Counted from the stretch's first letter, positions 10,055 through 18,880 are shown. The stretch is 31,257 bases of DNA from Orycteropus afer (GCF_000298275.1 NW_006922148.1:1101242-1132498); one strand, 5' to 3'. Translations and numbers: made by a program. The notes: generated by a model from the letters alone, not told the origin.

Positions 10055-10829
10055 TTTTTTAAAAAATTGTGATTTGGGTGAAAGTTTACAGAGCAAGTTC
10101 ACATACACTTTGTCTCACTCATGTCATTGATTGTGATTTCCCACAGTGCAACAGCTCTCTTCCCACTTCCTCCCCATAGTTAACCTCTTCCTTGGGTCCT
10201 TCCCTCTCATGCATTCCAGCTCCCCGAACTGTCTCCCCGTGCATACACAACTCTTCTATTCTTGCGTGATTGATCTCTCCAAGGAGTGTATCTATCTAAT
10301 GTAAATGTTCAGCTCATATGCCTGTCTTTTGTTTGGCTGGAAGCCACAGGCATGGGTTCAGTTCCTGACCTGAAGGACAACTGGGGCCATAGTCTCAGTG
10401 GTTCCATCAGGCTCTATCAGACCAGCAAACCTGGTGTCCACCCCCCCTTTTTTTTTAACGATGTTGAGTTTTGTTTTACACTGTTCTCCCACTCTATCCA
10501 GGATCTCCTACATAGATCCCCCTCTGAGTGGTAGCTGGGCACCATCTAGTTCTTCTGGTCTCATAGTCATCTAGGCTGAGGATCACATGGTGTACCAGTC
10601 GCTTGGATTAATTGTTTCCATGAATCTTTGGTTTTCGTCATTCTTCTTTGCTCTGGACGAGGAGAGACCCGTCATTGTATCTAGATGGTTGCTTGCAAGC
10701 TTTTAAGATCCCAGTCACTACTCGCCAAAGTAGGATGTGGAACAATAGTTTTGTATAGTATGTTATGCCAATTAAGCTTGATGTCCCCTCTGACTGTGGT
10801 CCTGAGCCCACAGGTCCAAGTCCTCACTC
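10055..10829 (-). mobile_element. Copy c2 of the ~0.8 kb T-tailed composite retroposon, inserted into the L1-b inter-ORF spacer with a ~14-15 bp TSD
   Basis: The left end is 'tttttttaaaaaattgtgatttgggtgaaagtttacagagcaag' and the right end is '...ctgtggtcctgagcccacaggtccaagtcctcactc'. The TSD is 'tttagggacagtttt' before and 'tttagggacaatttt' after. An internal T-run at 10436-10450 divides the element into two units. Confidence 0.65.
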
Positions 10830-11561
10830 TTTAGGGACAATTTTACTGGGTATATAATTCTTGGTTGGTAATTTTTTTTCTTTCAGGATTTTAGATATGT
10901 CATCCCACTGCCTTCTTGGCCTGAATGGTTTCTGCTAAGAAATCACAGCATAATAATAGTGGTTGGCCTTTGTAGGTAATTTTTTGTTTTTACCATGCTG
11001 CTTTCTGTATTGTTTCTTTGTCTCTGGTTTTGGAAAGTTTGATTGTGATATCTTTTAGTGATTTAGTTTTTTGGGGTTGATCCTGTTTGGGGTTTGTTGA
11101 ATTAAATGCGTATCTTTTCTTCTTTCATCATATTGGGTAAATTCTCTTCCAACAAATCTTGGGACAATTTTCTCTGTGGTTTTATTTGCCTCTTCCTGTT
11201 CTGGATTTCTGGTCATATGTAATTATTCCTCTTGATGATGTTCTACATAAATCTAAGGTTTTCTTTTTTTCTTCTTTTCTCTGATTGTTTCCTTAACAAA
11301 GTAGTATGGAGAGATTTGTTTTCTGTCTTCCATTGATTCAGTTTAACACCTATGCTCTTTCACTGTGTTATCTATTTCTGAAATCTTAGTATTAATCTTC
11401 TGGATTTGTATTTGCTGTTTTTTTATGTTTTCTAATTTTTCTTTTATCTTTCAGTTTTTTGTTGTATTGTTTTCCTGAAGTGTTCTGTTGTTTTGTCTGT
11501 GTCTTCCTTAATTTTTTCAATGTTTTCCTTTATCTGTCTCTAAATCCATTGAAGGAACCTG

Positions 11562-12044
11562 TGGTAGTTAAGGTTATGTGTGAACTTGGCTAGACCATAA
11601 TTCTGAAGATGCAGTGTATTAACATCTATGATGAGATAAGCTGTGAGGAGTCAATCAGTTGAAAGGGGAATTTCCTCAGGGCTGTGAACTGCTTCCAATA
11701 TATATATGGACATCCTGGAAGATACTCTGGCTTTCTGCTGGATATTGGTCTTACGTCTATCTCATCATCTCTCATTCTTGGGAACTGACCAGTGGCCTGC
11801 CGTATTGCTTAATGATCTTGGGATTGTTGCTTTCTAGCATGTGAGCCAATAATCTACCATTTTACCTGCCAGTCTTTGATTCATCATCTGCTGAAGCCAG
11901 CAGCTTGCTATATTGCCTATTGATCTTAGATTCATCAGTCCCTGTAGGTGCATGATGGAAAAAGCTTCCATCCTGACATTTGCACCACAAACTTGGGAAT
12001 TGCTAGCCTCTATGAATGTGTGAGTCATTTCTCTGAGATAAATT

Positions 12045-12075
<31 letters not shown>
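11562..12075. mobile_element. Unclassified ~510 bp insertion in L1-b between the ORF1 start and the 5'UTR. It ends in a (CT)n run
   Basis: L1-a/L1-b collinearity breaks after '...ccattgaaggaacc' and resumes at 'aagcttcactggttttgtttctg'. The inserted sequence ('tgtggtagttaaggttatgtgtgaacttggctagaccataattctgaagatgcagtg...cctctatgaatgtgtgagtcatttctctgagataaatttctctccctctctctctc') has no counterpart at the same position in L1-a, which carries a (CTAAAT)n microsatellite there. Confidence 0.4.
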
Positions 12076-12077
<2 letters not shown>

Positions 12078-12659
12078 AAGCTTCACTGGTTTTGTTTCTG
12101 TATACAGCCCAACCTAAGACAGTACCCACATATACTTCTTTTGTTTTCTTTAACAGGTAGTTCCAGTGCCTTTTCTTTCTCGGGAGGCTTTCTGGCTCTG
12201 TAGTGTAGTGTCTTGTTTATACTACTTTATCTTGTTTCTCTATATGAACTGGAATTGTCGGTTGTGTCCCAGGTATGGTAGTGTCATTGTATTTCTATTT
12301 AATTGGTGATTGAATGTTGGTGTGAGTCACCTGAGGTATTTTTTTTTCTTTCTTTTTGCTTTGTTTTGTTTTGAAATATCCTAGAAAGTGGGGCTGGTGT
12401 GCTACTTGGTTCATTAGTTTGGCATCACATAGGCATTCACCACCCACTTCTTGTGGGTGTGATAGGGTATGAAAATGTGTCCACAATTCTCTGCTCATTG
12501 TTTGTGTAGAGCAGTTGAAGGTAGGTTGCCTGGTATTGGCCTCTGTCTGTCCTTGAATAGTTGGTGAAAAAGTAGTTGGTGGCTCTTGTCTGGTTGTTGG
12601 GGCTGTAGTTGGTACAGATGTGGTTGAGTTGTGTGGGCATGGTTACTCCTGCTGGGTTG

Positions 12660-13080
12660 CAGAAAAAAAAAATACAACACACACACACACACACACACAC
12701 ACAAAGAGGACAAGAAATACAAATGGTATAACAAAAAGGAAATAATAAATAAAAGAAAAAGAGACTAAAAACAACAGAAAAAAACAAACATCAACAATAA
12801 AAAAAGAAAAACAATAAATAAAAAGAACGAGAAGGAGGAAAAGTGGGAAAAAAAGAGAAAATGTCAGCAGTGAAGAAAAAAGCAAAGAAAGAAAGAGAAT
12901 GGCAAAGTAAAATAGCAAAATGCAAAAAGGAAAACTAAGGTTGGAGAGAATTAAAAAGAAGACAAAAAAAAAGGAACAAGAAAAAGGAAAAAAAAGTTAG
13001 TAACCAGAAGATAGAAAGAAAAAGAAAGGAGAAAGAGAGAGAGACAGAGAGAGACAGAGAAAGAGAAGGAGAGAAAACTG
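12660..13080. repeat. Homopurine (A/G-rich) tract of about 420 bp in the L1-b 5'UTR, with an embedded (CA)12
   Basis: 'gcagaaaaaaaaaatacaacacacacacacacacacacacacaaagaggacaag...gagaaagagagagagacagagagagacagagaaagagaaggagag'. The plus strand is over 95% purine. Confidence 0.85.
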
Positions 13081-13995
13081 GGTGGCTTGGCACCTGGGCA
13101 GTGTTCCTGCTGGCCAAGTCGGTGGCTCAGAGCAGGAGACCTGGTTCTGGAAGGAGTTACTGGCAGCTCAAAATGTAGCTGGATGTAGGGTGCCTACTCT
13201 TAGAAAGAATTCCTGCTGGTCCAAAAGACAACTGGATTCAGGGTGCTTGGTCCTAGAAGTTCCCTGCTGGCCCAGAAAGTATCTGAGGGAAAGGTTCCTT
13301 AACCCAGAAGAAGTTCCTGCCAGACCAAAAGGTGGCTGGTAGCTGGATGCCTGGCCCCAGAAGAAGTTCCTGCCCTCCCAAAAGGCAGCTGGGTTTAGGT
13401 TGCCTGGTCTCAGAAGAAATTTTTTCCATCCTAAAAGGTGGCTGATTATATATCTCCTGGTCACAGAAAAAGTTCCTACTGACCCGATGGTGGTTGGGTA
13501 TAGAATGCTTTGTCCCAGAAGAAGTTCCTGCCAACCTAAAAGGCAAGCTGAGAATAGGGCACTTAGTCCCAGAACTAATTGCTCCCTACCAGCATGGCAG
13601 CTGGAGCTGGGCACCTGCTTCCAGGTGGAGTTCCCAGAAGATGTCTGGGGCAGCTTACCTGGATTTGGAAAAAGTTTCTGCCAGGCTAAAGGGCACCTGG
13701 GGCAAGGTACCTGGTTCCAGAAGGAGTTCATATGGGCCCAAAAAGCACCTGGGGACAAAATAGTCCCAGAAAAGTTCCTGCCATCCCCAAAGCCCATTGG
13801 GGCTAGGTCACCTGATCCCATAAAATGTTCTGCCATCCCAAAAGATAGCTAGATGGTAGGATACTTGGTCCCAGAAGTTCCTGCCAGCCCATTAGGCATC
13901 TGTGAGCCAGGCGCCTGGTCCCAGAACTAGTTCGTGCTTACCCAGCAGGCAGGTGAGGGCAGGGTGCCTGATCACAAATGGAGTTCCTGCTGGCC
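13080..13995 (-). repeat. Tandem array of about 17 degenerate ~52-53 bp monomers that makes up the 5'-terminal part of the L1-b 5'UTR. It is a monomeric L1 promoter-type array
   Basis: A unit of the form 'cctggtcccagaagaagttcctgccNNcccaaaaggcagctgggNtNaggNtg' repeats head to tail. Examples: 13192-13243 'ctactcttagaaagaattcctgctggtccaaaagacaactggattcagggtg', and 13345-13397 'cctggccccagaagaagttcctgccctcccaaaaggcagctgggtttaggttg'. Confidence 0.8.
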
Positions 13996-14359
13996 CAGTT
14001 TTTGGATTTCTTTTGCTTCAAGATTTTTGAGGTTATTGGATGTGTAAGTTTCTATCTTTTGTTGTGTTTGGGAAAAGTTCTTGGTGGTCCTTTCTCTGTT
14101 TCTTCTTCTTCTGGGAGCCCCAATAATACATACATTATTCAGTTTGATGATGTCCCACATATCTCTTAGGCTTTGTTCATTTTTCTTTACTCATTTTCCT
14201 TTTTACTGCTTGGTCTGAACAGTCTCAGTTGCTTTGTCTTCGAGTTCATGGATTCTTCTGCCAGCTCAAATCTACTGTTGAGCCCTTCCGGCAAATTGTT
14301 CATATATGTTATTGAACTTTTCAGTTCTAGTATTTCTATTTGTTTGTTTGTTTTCTTTC
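13996..14359 (-). mobile_element. L1-c: ORF1 segment (first ~55 residues of the RNA-recognition domain plus the coiled coil) truncated on its 3' side where the L1-b 5' terminus abuts it
   Basis: The minus ORF 13972-14160 translates to 'MWDIIKLNNVCIIGAPRRRRNRERTTKNFSQ...', an LWD-IKR-N-IIG-PE start like the L1 ORF1 RNA-recognition domain. Region 14170-14359 is paralogous to the ORF1 coiled coil. Confidence 0.7.
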
Positions 14360-15189
14360 TTTTTTTATTTTTTAAATTGTGATTTGGGTGAAAATTTACA
14401 GAGCAAATTCACTTGCCATCCAGCAGTTCACATATACTTTTGTCTCATGACATTGACTACGATTTACCACAATGCAACAGCTCCTCTCTCACTTCCTCTG
14501 CATAATTACCTCTTCCCTACATCCATCCCTCCATGCCCTCCTGCCCCCAGAGCTGTCTCCCTGTGCATAAATAGCCCTTCTTTCTCCCATGATTGTTCTC
14601 TCCAAGGAGTGTATCTGCCTCAGGTAAATGTTCAATTCATATGCCTGTCTTTTGCTTGGCTGGAAGCCACAGGTGTGGGTTCAATTCCAGACCTGAAGGG
14701 CAACTAGGGGCCATAGTCTCAGTAGTTCCATCAGGCTATATCAGACCAGTAAACCTGGTCCCCACCCCCCTTTTCCTTTTTTTTTTTCCCAAACGATTTT
14801 CAGTTTTGTTCCACATTGTTCTCCTCTCTATCCAGGATCTCCTACATAGATCCCCTTCCGAGTGGTTGACAGTGGTAGCTGGGCACCATCTAGTTCTTCT
14901 GGTCTTATAGTCGTATAGGCTGCAGATTGCATGTTGTATGAGTCACTAGGACTAATTGTTTCCATGAATCTTTGGTTTTCTTCATTCTTCTTTGCTCTGG
15001 ACGAGGAGAGACCCATCATTGCATCCAGATGGCTGCTTGCAAGCTTTTAAGATCCCAGTTGCCACTCTCCAAAGTAGGAGGTGGAACGTTTTGTGTAGTG
15101 TGTTATGCTGATTGAGCTTGATGTCCCCTGTGACTGTGGTCCCGAACCCACAGGTTCAACTACTTGGTCTCTCTGGGTAGGTGGCTGTG
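14360..15189 (-). mobile_element. Copy c3 of the ~0.8 kb T-tailed composite retroposon, the longest copy, inserted in L1-c ORF1
   Basis: 'ttttttatttttaaattgtgatttgggtgaaaatttacagagcaaattcac...ggttcaactacttggtctctctgggtaggtggctgtg'. The flanks 'tatttgtttgtttt' and 'tatttgtttatttt' look like a TSD. Confidence 0.65.
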
Positions 15190-15650
15190 TATTTGTTTAT
15201 TTTAAAATTTCTTTTTATTGAAATTCCTGTTTTGTTCTTATATCATTTTTCTCATTTCCTTTAGTTCTTTTCCCACATTTTCATTCAGTGTTTTGAGCAT
15301 GCTTCATATTGTTGCTTCAAAACCTATGTTGAGTGGTTCTGTTATCTGTTCTTCCTCAGGGAGAGTTTCAGTGCCCTGATTTTTTATTTTTGCATGGATT
15401 ATCCTTTCCTGCCTCTTTATATGTTTTGTGTTTGTCTTTTGGAATTGGAACTTTAAGCTCTTTCACTGTGATAATTCTGAAAATTAAATTTTTCCTCTTT
15501 TTTAGAGTTTGTTCTTCTTCCTCTTCATTGTTGCAAGCAGGGTGCCTGGTCCCAGAACTAGTTGGTGCCTACCCAGAAGGCAGGTAGGGCCAGGGTGCCT
15601 GATCCTAGATGGAGTTCCCATAGGCCCAGTTTTTGGATTACTTTTTAAAC
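15190..15650 (-). mobile_element. L1-c 5' portion: ORF1 N-terminus and proximal 5'UTR, ending in two promoter monomers and the family 5' terminus
   Basis: Region 15541-15640 'cagggtgcctggtcccagaactagttggtgcctacccagaaggcaggtagggccagggtgcctgatcctagatggagttcccataggcccagtttttggatta' is paralogous to the last two monomers and terminus of L1-b (13900-13995). Confidence 0.7.
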
Positions 15651-15840
15651 TTTATTATCTGGTAGCGTAGTGCCTAAGGCACTTGACTGGTAACCAGAAG
15701 GCTGGGGGTTCAAACCCACCAACCACTCCTTGGAAGGAAGATTGGCCAATCTACTTCCATAGTGATACTGCTTCGTAAACCCAAGGAGGGGTCGCTATGA
15801 GTTGGGGCTGACTCGACGGCACATAACAACAACAACATTA
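15651..15840 (+). mobile_element. AfroSINE ((AAC)n-tail type) inserted exactly at the L1-c 5' terminus, with a 10 bp TSD
   Basis: The TSD 'ctttttaaac' lies at 15641-15650 and again at 15841-15850. The body reads 'tctggtagcgtagtgcctaaggcacttgactggtaaccagaaggctgggggttcaaaccc...gggtcgctatgagttggggctgactcgacggcacataacaacaacaaca'. Confidence 0.9.
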
Positions 15841-15899
15841 CTTTTTAAACTTATTGAAGATTGTAGTTCTCTGTTTCTATGCCAGATTTCCCTTTTAGG

Positions 15900-17286
15900 T
15901 ACACTTGCCATTGTTTCTTCCCTATTTGTCTCATTTCACTCAGGCACCAGCTGTCACTGTTTCGTCTCTAGGTTTGCTGAGTAGGGTTACTGGCTGGTTA
16001 CTTCAGCACTGAACTCCTTGGTTTGTAGAATTTGGGGTGGTCACTTTCCCACCAGATATTAGGCATGCTGACTATATCACTTTGGTACAAGACTACTTCC
16101 TTAATGTTAGTGCCCATAATGCCCCTTTAGCACCTGCTTCCTCTTTATGGATTACCAGCTGTCTCTGATAGCTCATCACAGATCTTCCTTGACCTTACAG
16201 CTCTGGCACTAGGCCCTTCTGCCCAGGAGCTCTCACGCAAACATACCACAGACTCTTCTTCCAGGTTGGTACTGCAGCTCCCTCAGAGTCCTACCCTGGA
16301 AATGGAAACTATTGCCAATTTACCACATGTTCTCACTGTTCATGAGCTCTAGACTGTGCTGTTCTCACCTTATTTCTTTTTCCTAGGACTCACAGGGACT
16401 CCAGTTTATTCTATGCTCATTGAACTGCTTTGCCCAGGTCTATCTGTCCAGGTGTTTTGTCCTGCATTATGTCCCTTATTCCTCTCCATCATGGGCCTTA
16501 CCACAGAGGGCTCCCTGTAGTTTCACTTGTAAGGTTGATCTGGTTTTAACAAATTCCCTTAATTTCTGCTTATCTGCAAATGTCCTAATTTCACCATCAT
16601 ATTTGAGGGACAGTTTTGCTGGGTATATAATTCTTGGTTGGAAATTTTTCTGTTTCAGGGTTTTATATATACCATCCCATTGCCTTCTCACCTGCATGGT
16701 ATCTGCTGATTAATCAGAGCTTTGTCTTATTGGTTGCCCTTTGTAGGTATCTTTTTGTTTTTCCTGTGCCACTTTCAGCATTCTGTCTTTGTCTTTTGTT
16801 TTGGTGAGTTTGATGGTGATGTGTCTTGGTGATTTTCTTTTGGTGTGTATCCTGTTTGGGGTTCGTTGCACTTCCTGAATGGATATGTTCTCATCTTTCA
16901 TCATATCAGGAAAATTGTCTTCCAACAAATCTTTGACAATTTTCTCAGTGGTGTTATTTTTCTCTTCCTGTTCTGGAATTCCAACTACATGTAGGTTGTT
17001 CCTTTTGATGGTGTCCCACATGAATCTTAGGCTTTCTTCATTTTGTTTTTATCTTTTTTTTTCTGATTTATCCCTTTCCAAAGAGATAGTCAGGTATTTG
17101 CCTTCAATCTCATTAATTCCATCTTCCATTAATTTGATTCTACTCCTTTGCCCTTTCAATGTGTTACTACCTATTTCTGAAAATTTAGTATTAATCATCT
17201 GGATCTCTATCTGTAGATTTTGTATCATTTCTAGTTTTTCATTTATTTTATCATTTTGTTATTGTATTTTCTTTTCCACATTGCAG
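15900..17286 (-). mobile_element. L1-g: inter-ORF spacer plus a nearly intact ORF1 (C-terminal domain, RNA-recognition domain, coiled coil) of a young L1. It is truncated on the left and interrupted on the right by a retroposon fragment
   Basis: The minus ORF 16710-17021 translates to 'MWDTIKRNNLHVVGIPEQEEKNNTTEKIVKDLLEDNFPDMMKDENISIQEVQRTPNRIHTKRKSPRHITIKLTKTKDKDRMLKVAQEKQKDTYKGQPIRQSSD', the ORF1 RNA-recognition domain. The minus ORF 16476-16697 translates to 'RRQWDGIYKTLKQKNFQPRIIYPAKLSLKYDGEIRTFADKQKLREFVKTRSTLQ', the ORF1 C-terminal domain. Confidence 0.85.
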
Positions 17287-17625
17287 TTCATATGCATTTT
17301 GTCGCATGACATTGACTGTGATTTCCCACAATGTAACAGTTACCTTCCCACTTCCTCCCCATCGTTACCTCTTCCCTCTCATGCACTCCTGCCCCTGACT
17401 GTGCATACACTGCTCTTCTGTTCTCTCATGATTGATTGCTCCAAGGACTGTATCTACCAGATGTAAATGTTCAGCCCATATGCTGGTCTTTTATTTGTCT
17501 GGAAGCCACAGGAGTAGAACAGTATTTTTGTATAGTATGTTATACCACTTGAGCTTGGATGTTCCTTGCAACCATGATTTTGAGCCTGCAAGCCCAGTCA
17601 CTTATTATCTGGATGGTTGGCTGTG
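17287..17625 (-). mobile_element. Copy c5 of the 0.8 kb retroposon family, a fragment with a central deletion
   Basis: 'ttcatatgcattttgtcgcatgacattgactgtgatttcccacaatgtaacag...ggaagccacaggagtag' then jumps to 'aacagtatttttgtatagtatgttataccacttgagcttgg...'. The two parts match the left and right ends of copy c2. Confidence 0.55.
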
Positions 17626-17682
17626 GTTAAGAAGTTAACATAACTTCACTCCCTCTTAGCTCTATTATATATGTGGACATTC

Positions 17683-17868
17683 TTATTGTTGTTTTTATGT
17701 GACATGGAGTCAGACCCAACTCATAGCGACCCCTCCTTGGGTTTCCGGGGCAGTATCACTATGGAAGTAGATTGCCCAACCTTCCTTCCGAGGAGTGGCT
17801 GGTGAGTTTGAACCATCTGCCTCTGGTTAGCAGTCAAGTGCCTTAGACACTATGCTACTAGAGCTCCC
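17683..17868 (-). mobile_element. AfroSINE in minus orientation with a TSD
   Basis: The tail in reverse complement is 'ttattgttgtttttatgtgacatggagtcagacccaactcatagcgacccctcc', and the body ends '...agcagtcaagtgccttagacactatgctactagagctccc'. The TSD is 'ggacattctta' (17672-17682 and 17872-17882). Confidence 0.9.
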
Positions 17869-18149
17869 TAGGACATTCTTATGGGAGGTACAAATATGTA
17901 TGTAGAACTATCATGTGCCAAACATAGATATTCCCTTTTACCTACTCATAGCTGATCATTTTGCCTGTCTACCTATGTAATCACCCATAGATTAATGTTT
18001 GTTTTTACTAATAATGCAGTACTGTGTATGTAAAACTATTTACCTTTGTTGTCTGTAGCTCTTGTGCACGTCTCTGTGTCTTCCTTTTCCTTAGTGTTAC
18101 TGTGCTGGTCACTCACTTGATAAATTGCCTTTCCCTTCATCCAGATTAG

Positions 18150-18433
18150 TATATGCTTCTTACCTAACTAGCAATTTTTCCTCCCTTCCCCTCCTATCAC
18201 TGGTAACCAACAAAAAAGGTTTCCTTCCATGTGAAATCCTTTCCTTGACTTTTTACAATAGTGGACTCATATAGTATCTGTCCTTTTGTGATTTACTTAC
18301 TTCACTCAGCATAATGTCCTCCCAGTTGATCTATGTGATGAGGTGTTTTAAGGATTCTTCAGGTGTTGTGAGGATTTTCATTATCTTTTAGTGTTACGTA
18401 GTATTCCATTATGTGTATGTACCATAATCATCT
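18150..18433 (-). mobile_element. L1 3'-terminal fragment
   Basis: 'ctcccttcccctcctatcactggtaaccaacaaaaaaggtttcc...tatctgtccttttgtgatttacttacttcactcagcataatgtcctcccagttgatc...gtagtattccattatgtgtatgtacc' is the reverse complement of the L1 3'UTR and ORF2 end, paralogous to 1690-1790 plus 1961-2100. Confidence 0.75.
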
Positions 18434-18880
18434 CTTTTTTTTGAATAATATTTTGTTGTGCTTTCAGTGAATGTTTACGCAGTATCTTAGGTTATCCTTG
18501 ACTTGTTACTTTCCATCAAGTCTGCTCTGACTCATGGTGACTCCATGTATGATAGAACAAGATGTTGCCTGGTCATGTACTGTCTTTATGATTGTTGGTA
18601 TGTTTGTATTGTTTTGGCTGCTGTATCAGTGCATCTCACTGAGAGTCTTCCTTGCCTTTGCTGACCCACCACTTTACCCACCATAATGTCTTTTTCTAGT
18701 GATTGATTTTTTTTCTGATGATGTGTCCAAAGAAAGTGAGTCAGAGTCTCACCATCCTTCTAAGGAACATTCTGGTTGTATTTCTTCTAAGATTTATTTG
18801 TTAGATTTTCTAGCAGTCCCTGGTATATTCAGTATTCTTCACTAACACCACAATATGAATGCACAACTCTGACAGTATAT
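18434..18880 (-). mobile_element. RTE/BovB-type LINE 3'-end fragment (diverged)
   Basis: Begins with a T-run, then 'ccatcaagtctgctctgactcatggtgactccatgtatgatagaacaagatgttgcctggtc...', paralogous to the 23210, 30425 and 30746 copies. The head is shared with the AfroSINE 3' region. Confidence 0.6.

Larger units (their letters stand above)
8800..13995 (-). mobile_element. L1-b: the 5' two-thirds of an L1. It contains the ORF2 endonuclease region, an inter-ORF spacer, ORF1, and a complete 5'UTR with a homopurine tract and a terminal monomer array. Three insertions lie inside it: a SINE at 9058-9240, the 0.8 kb retroposon at 10055-10829 and an unclassified element at 11562-12075
   Basis: The minus ORF 9112-9450 translates to 'SIAKWPKKCNSSIYCQQETHLRHKDKKQ...KIHQANGNQKRVSDKIDFKTKT', the L1 endonuclease N-terminus, and reads through the inserted SINE. 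Region 10851-11561 is ORF1 in reverse complement: 'gggtatataattcttggttgg' is the ORF1 C-terminus, and 'tccttaacaaagtagtatggagag...tgaaatcttagtattaatc' is the coiled coil. Region 12076-12660 is paralogous to L1-a 4860-5380. The 5' terminus ends with '...ggagttcctgctggcccagtttttggatt'. Confidence 0.8.

Noticed and set aside
10055-10829. Reading the 0.8 kb repeat as a solo LTR (it begins with TG)
   Set aside because: The copies share one fixed end bearing a T/A-rich tail and differ at the other end, which is 5' truncation. TSDs are 9-15 bp, not 4-6 bp. There is no terminal TG...CA symmetry. This is the behaviour of a LINE-dependent retroposon.
12437-13117. Several 60-116 aa minus-strand ORFs rich in F, L, S and C
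   Set aside because: They are translations of the homopurine tract in reverse complement. They are low-complexity artefacts within the L1 5'UTR.
13168-13852. Long ORFs on both strands (222 aa minus, 150 aa plus, 97 and 89 aa) that overlap one another
   Set aside because: They lie entirely inside the tandem L1 promoter monomer array. They are stop-free because of the repeat composition, the proteins are repetitive ('QEL-LGQ', 'GTSSG'), both strands are open at once, and there are no splice signals. They are artefacts of repeats.
13080-13995. A regularly spaced short direct-repeat array that might suggest a CRISPR-like locus, or a prokaryotic defence system more generally
   Set aside because: The units are contiguous monomers without unique spacers. 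The context is unambiguously mammalian (splice-site-bounded PARP4 exons, L1, RTE, AfroSINE). There are no prokaryotic gene features such as dense same-strand ORFs or Shine-Dalgarno sites anywhere in the window. No evidence supports a novel prokaryotic-type system here.
16879-17466. 195 aa plus-strand ORF
   Set aside because: It is antisense to L1-g ORF1 and runs into the 0.8 kb retroposon fragment. The protein is low-complexity and hydrophobic with no recognisable domain, and there are no flanking splice signals.
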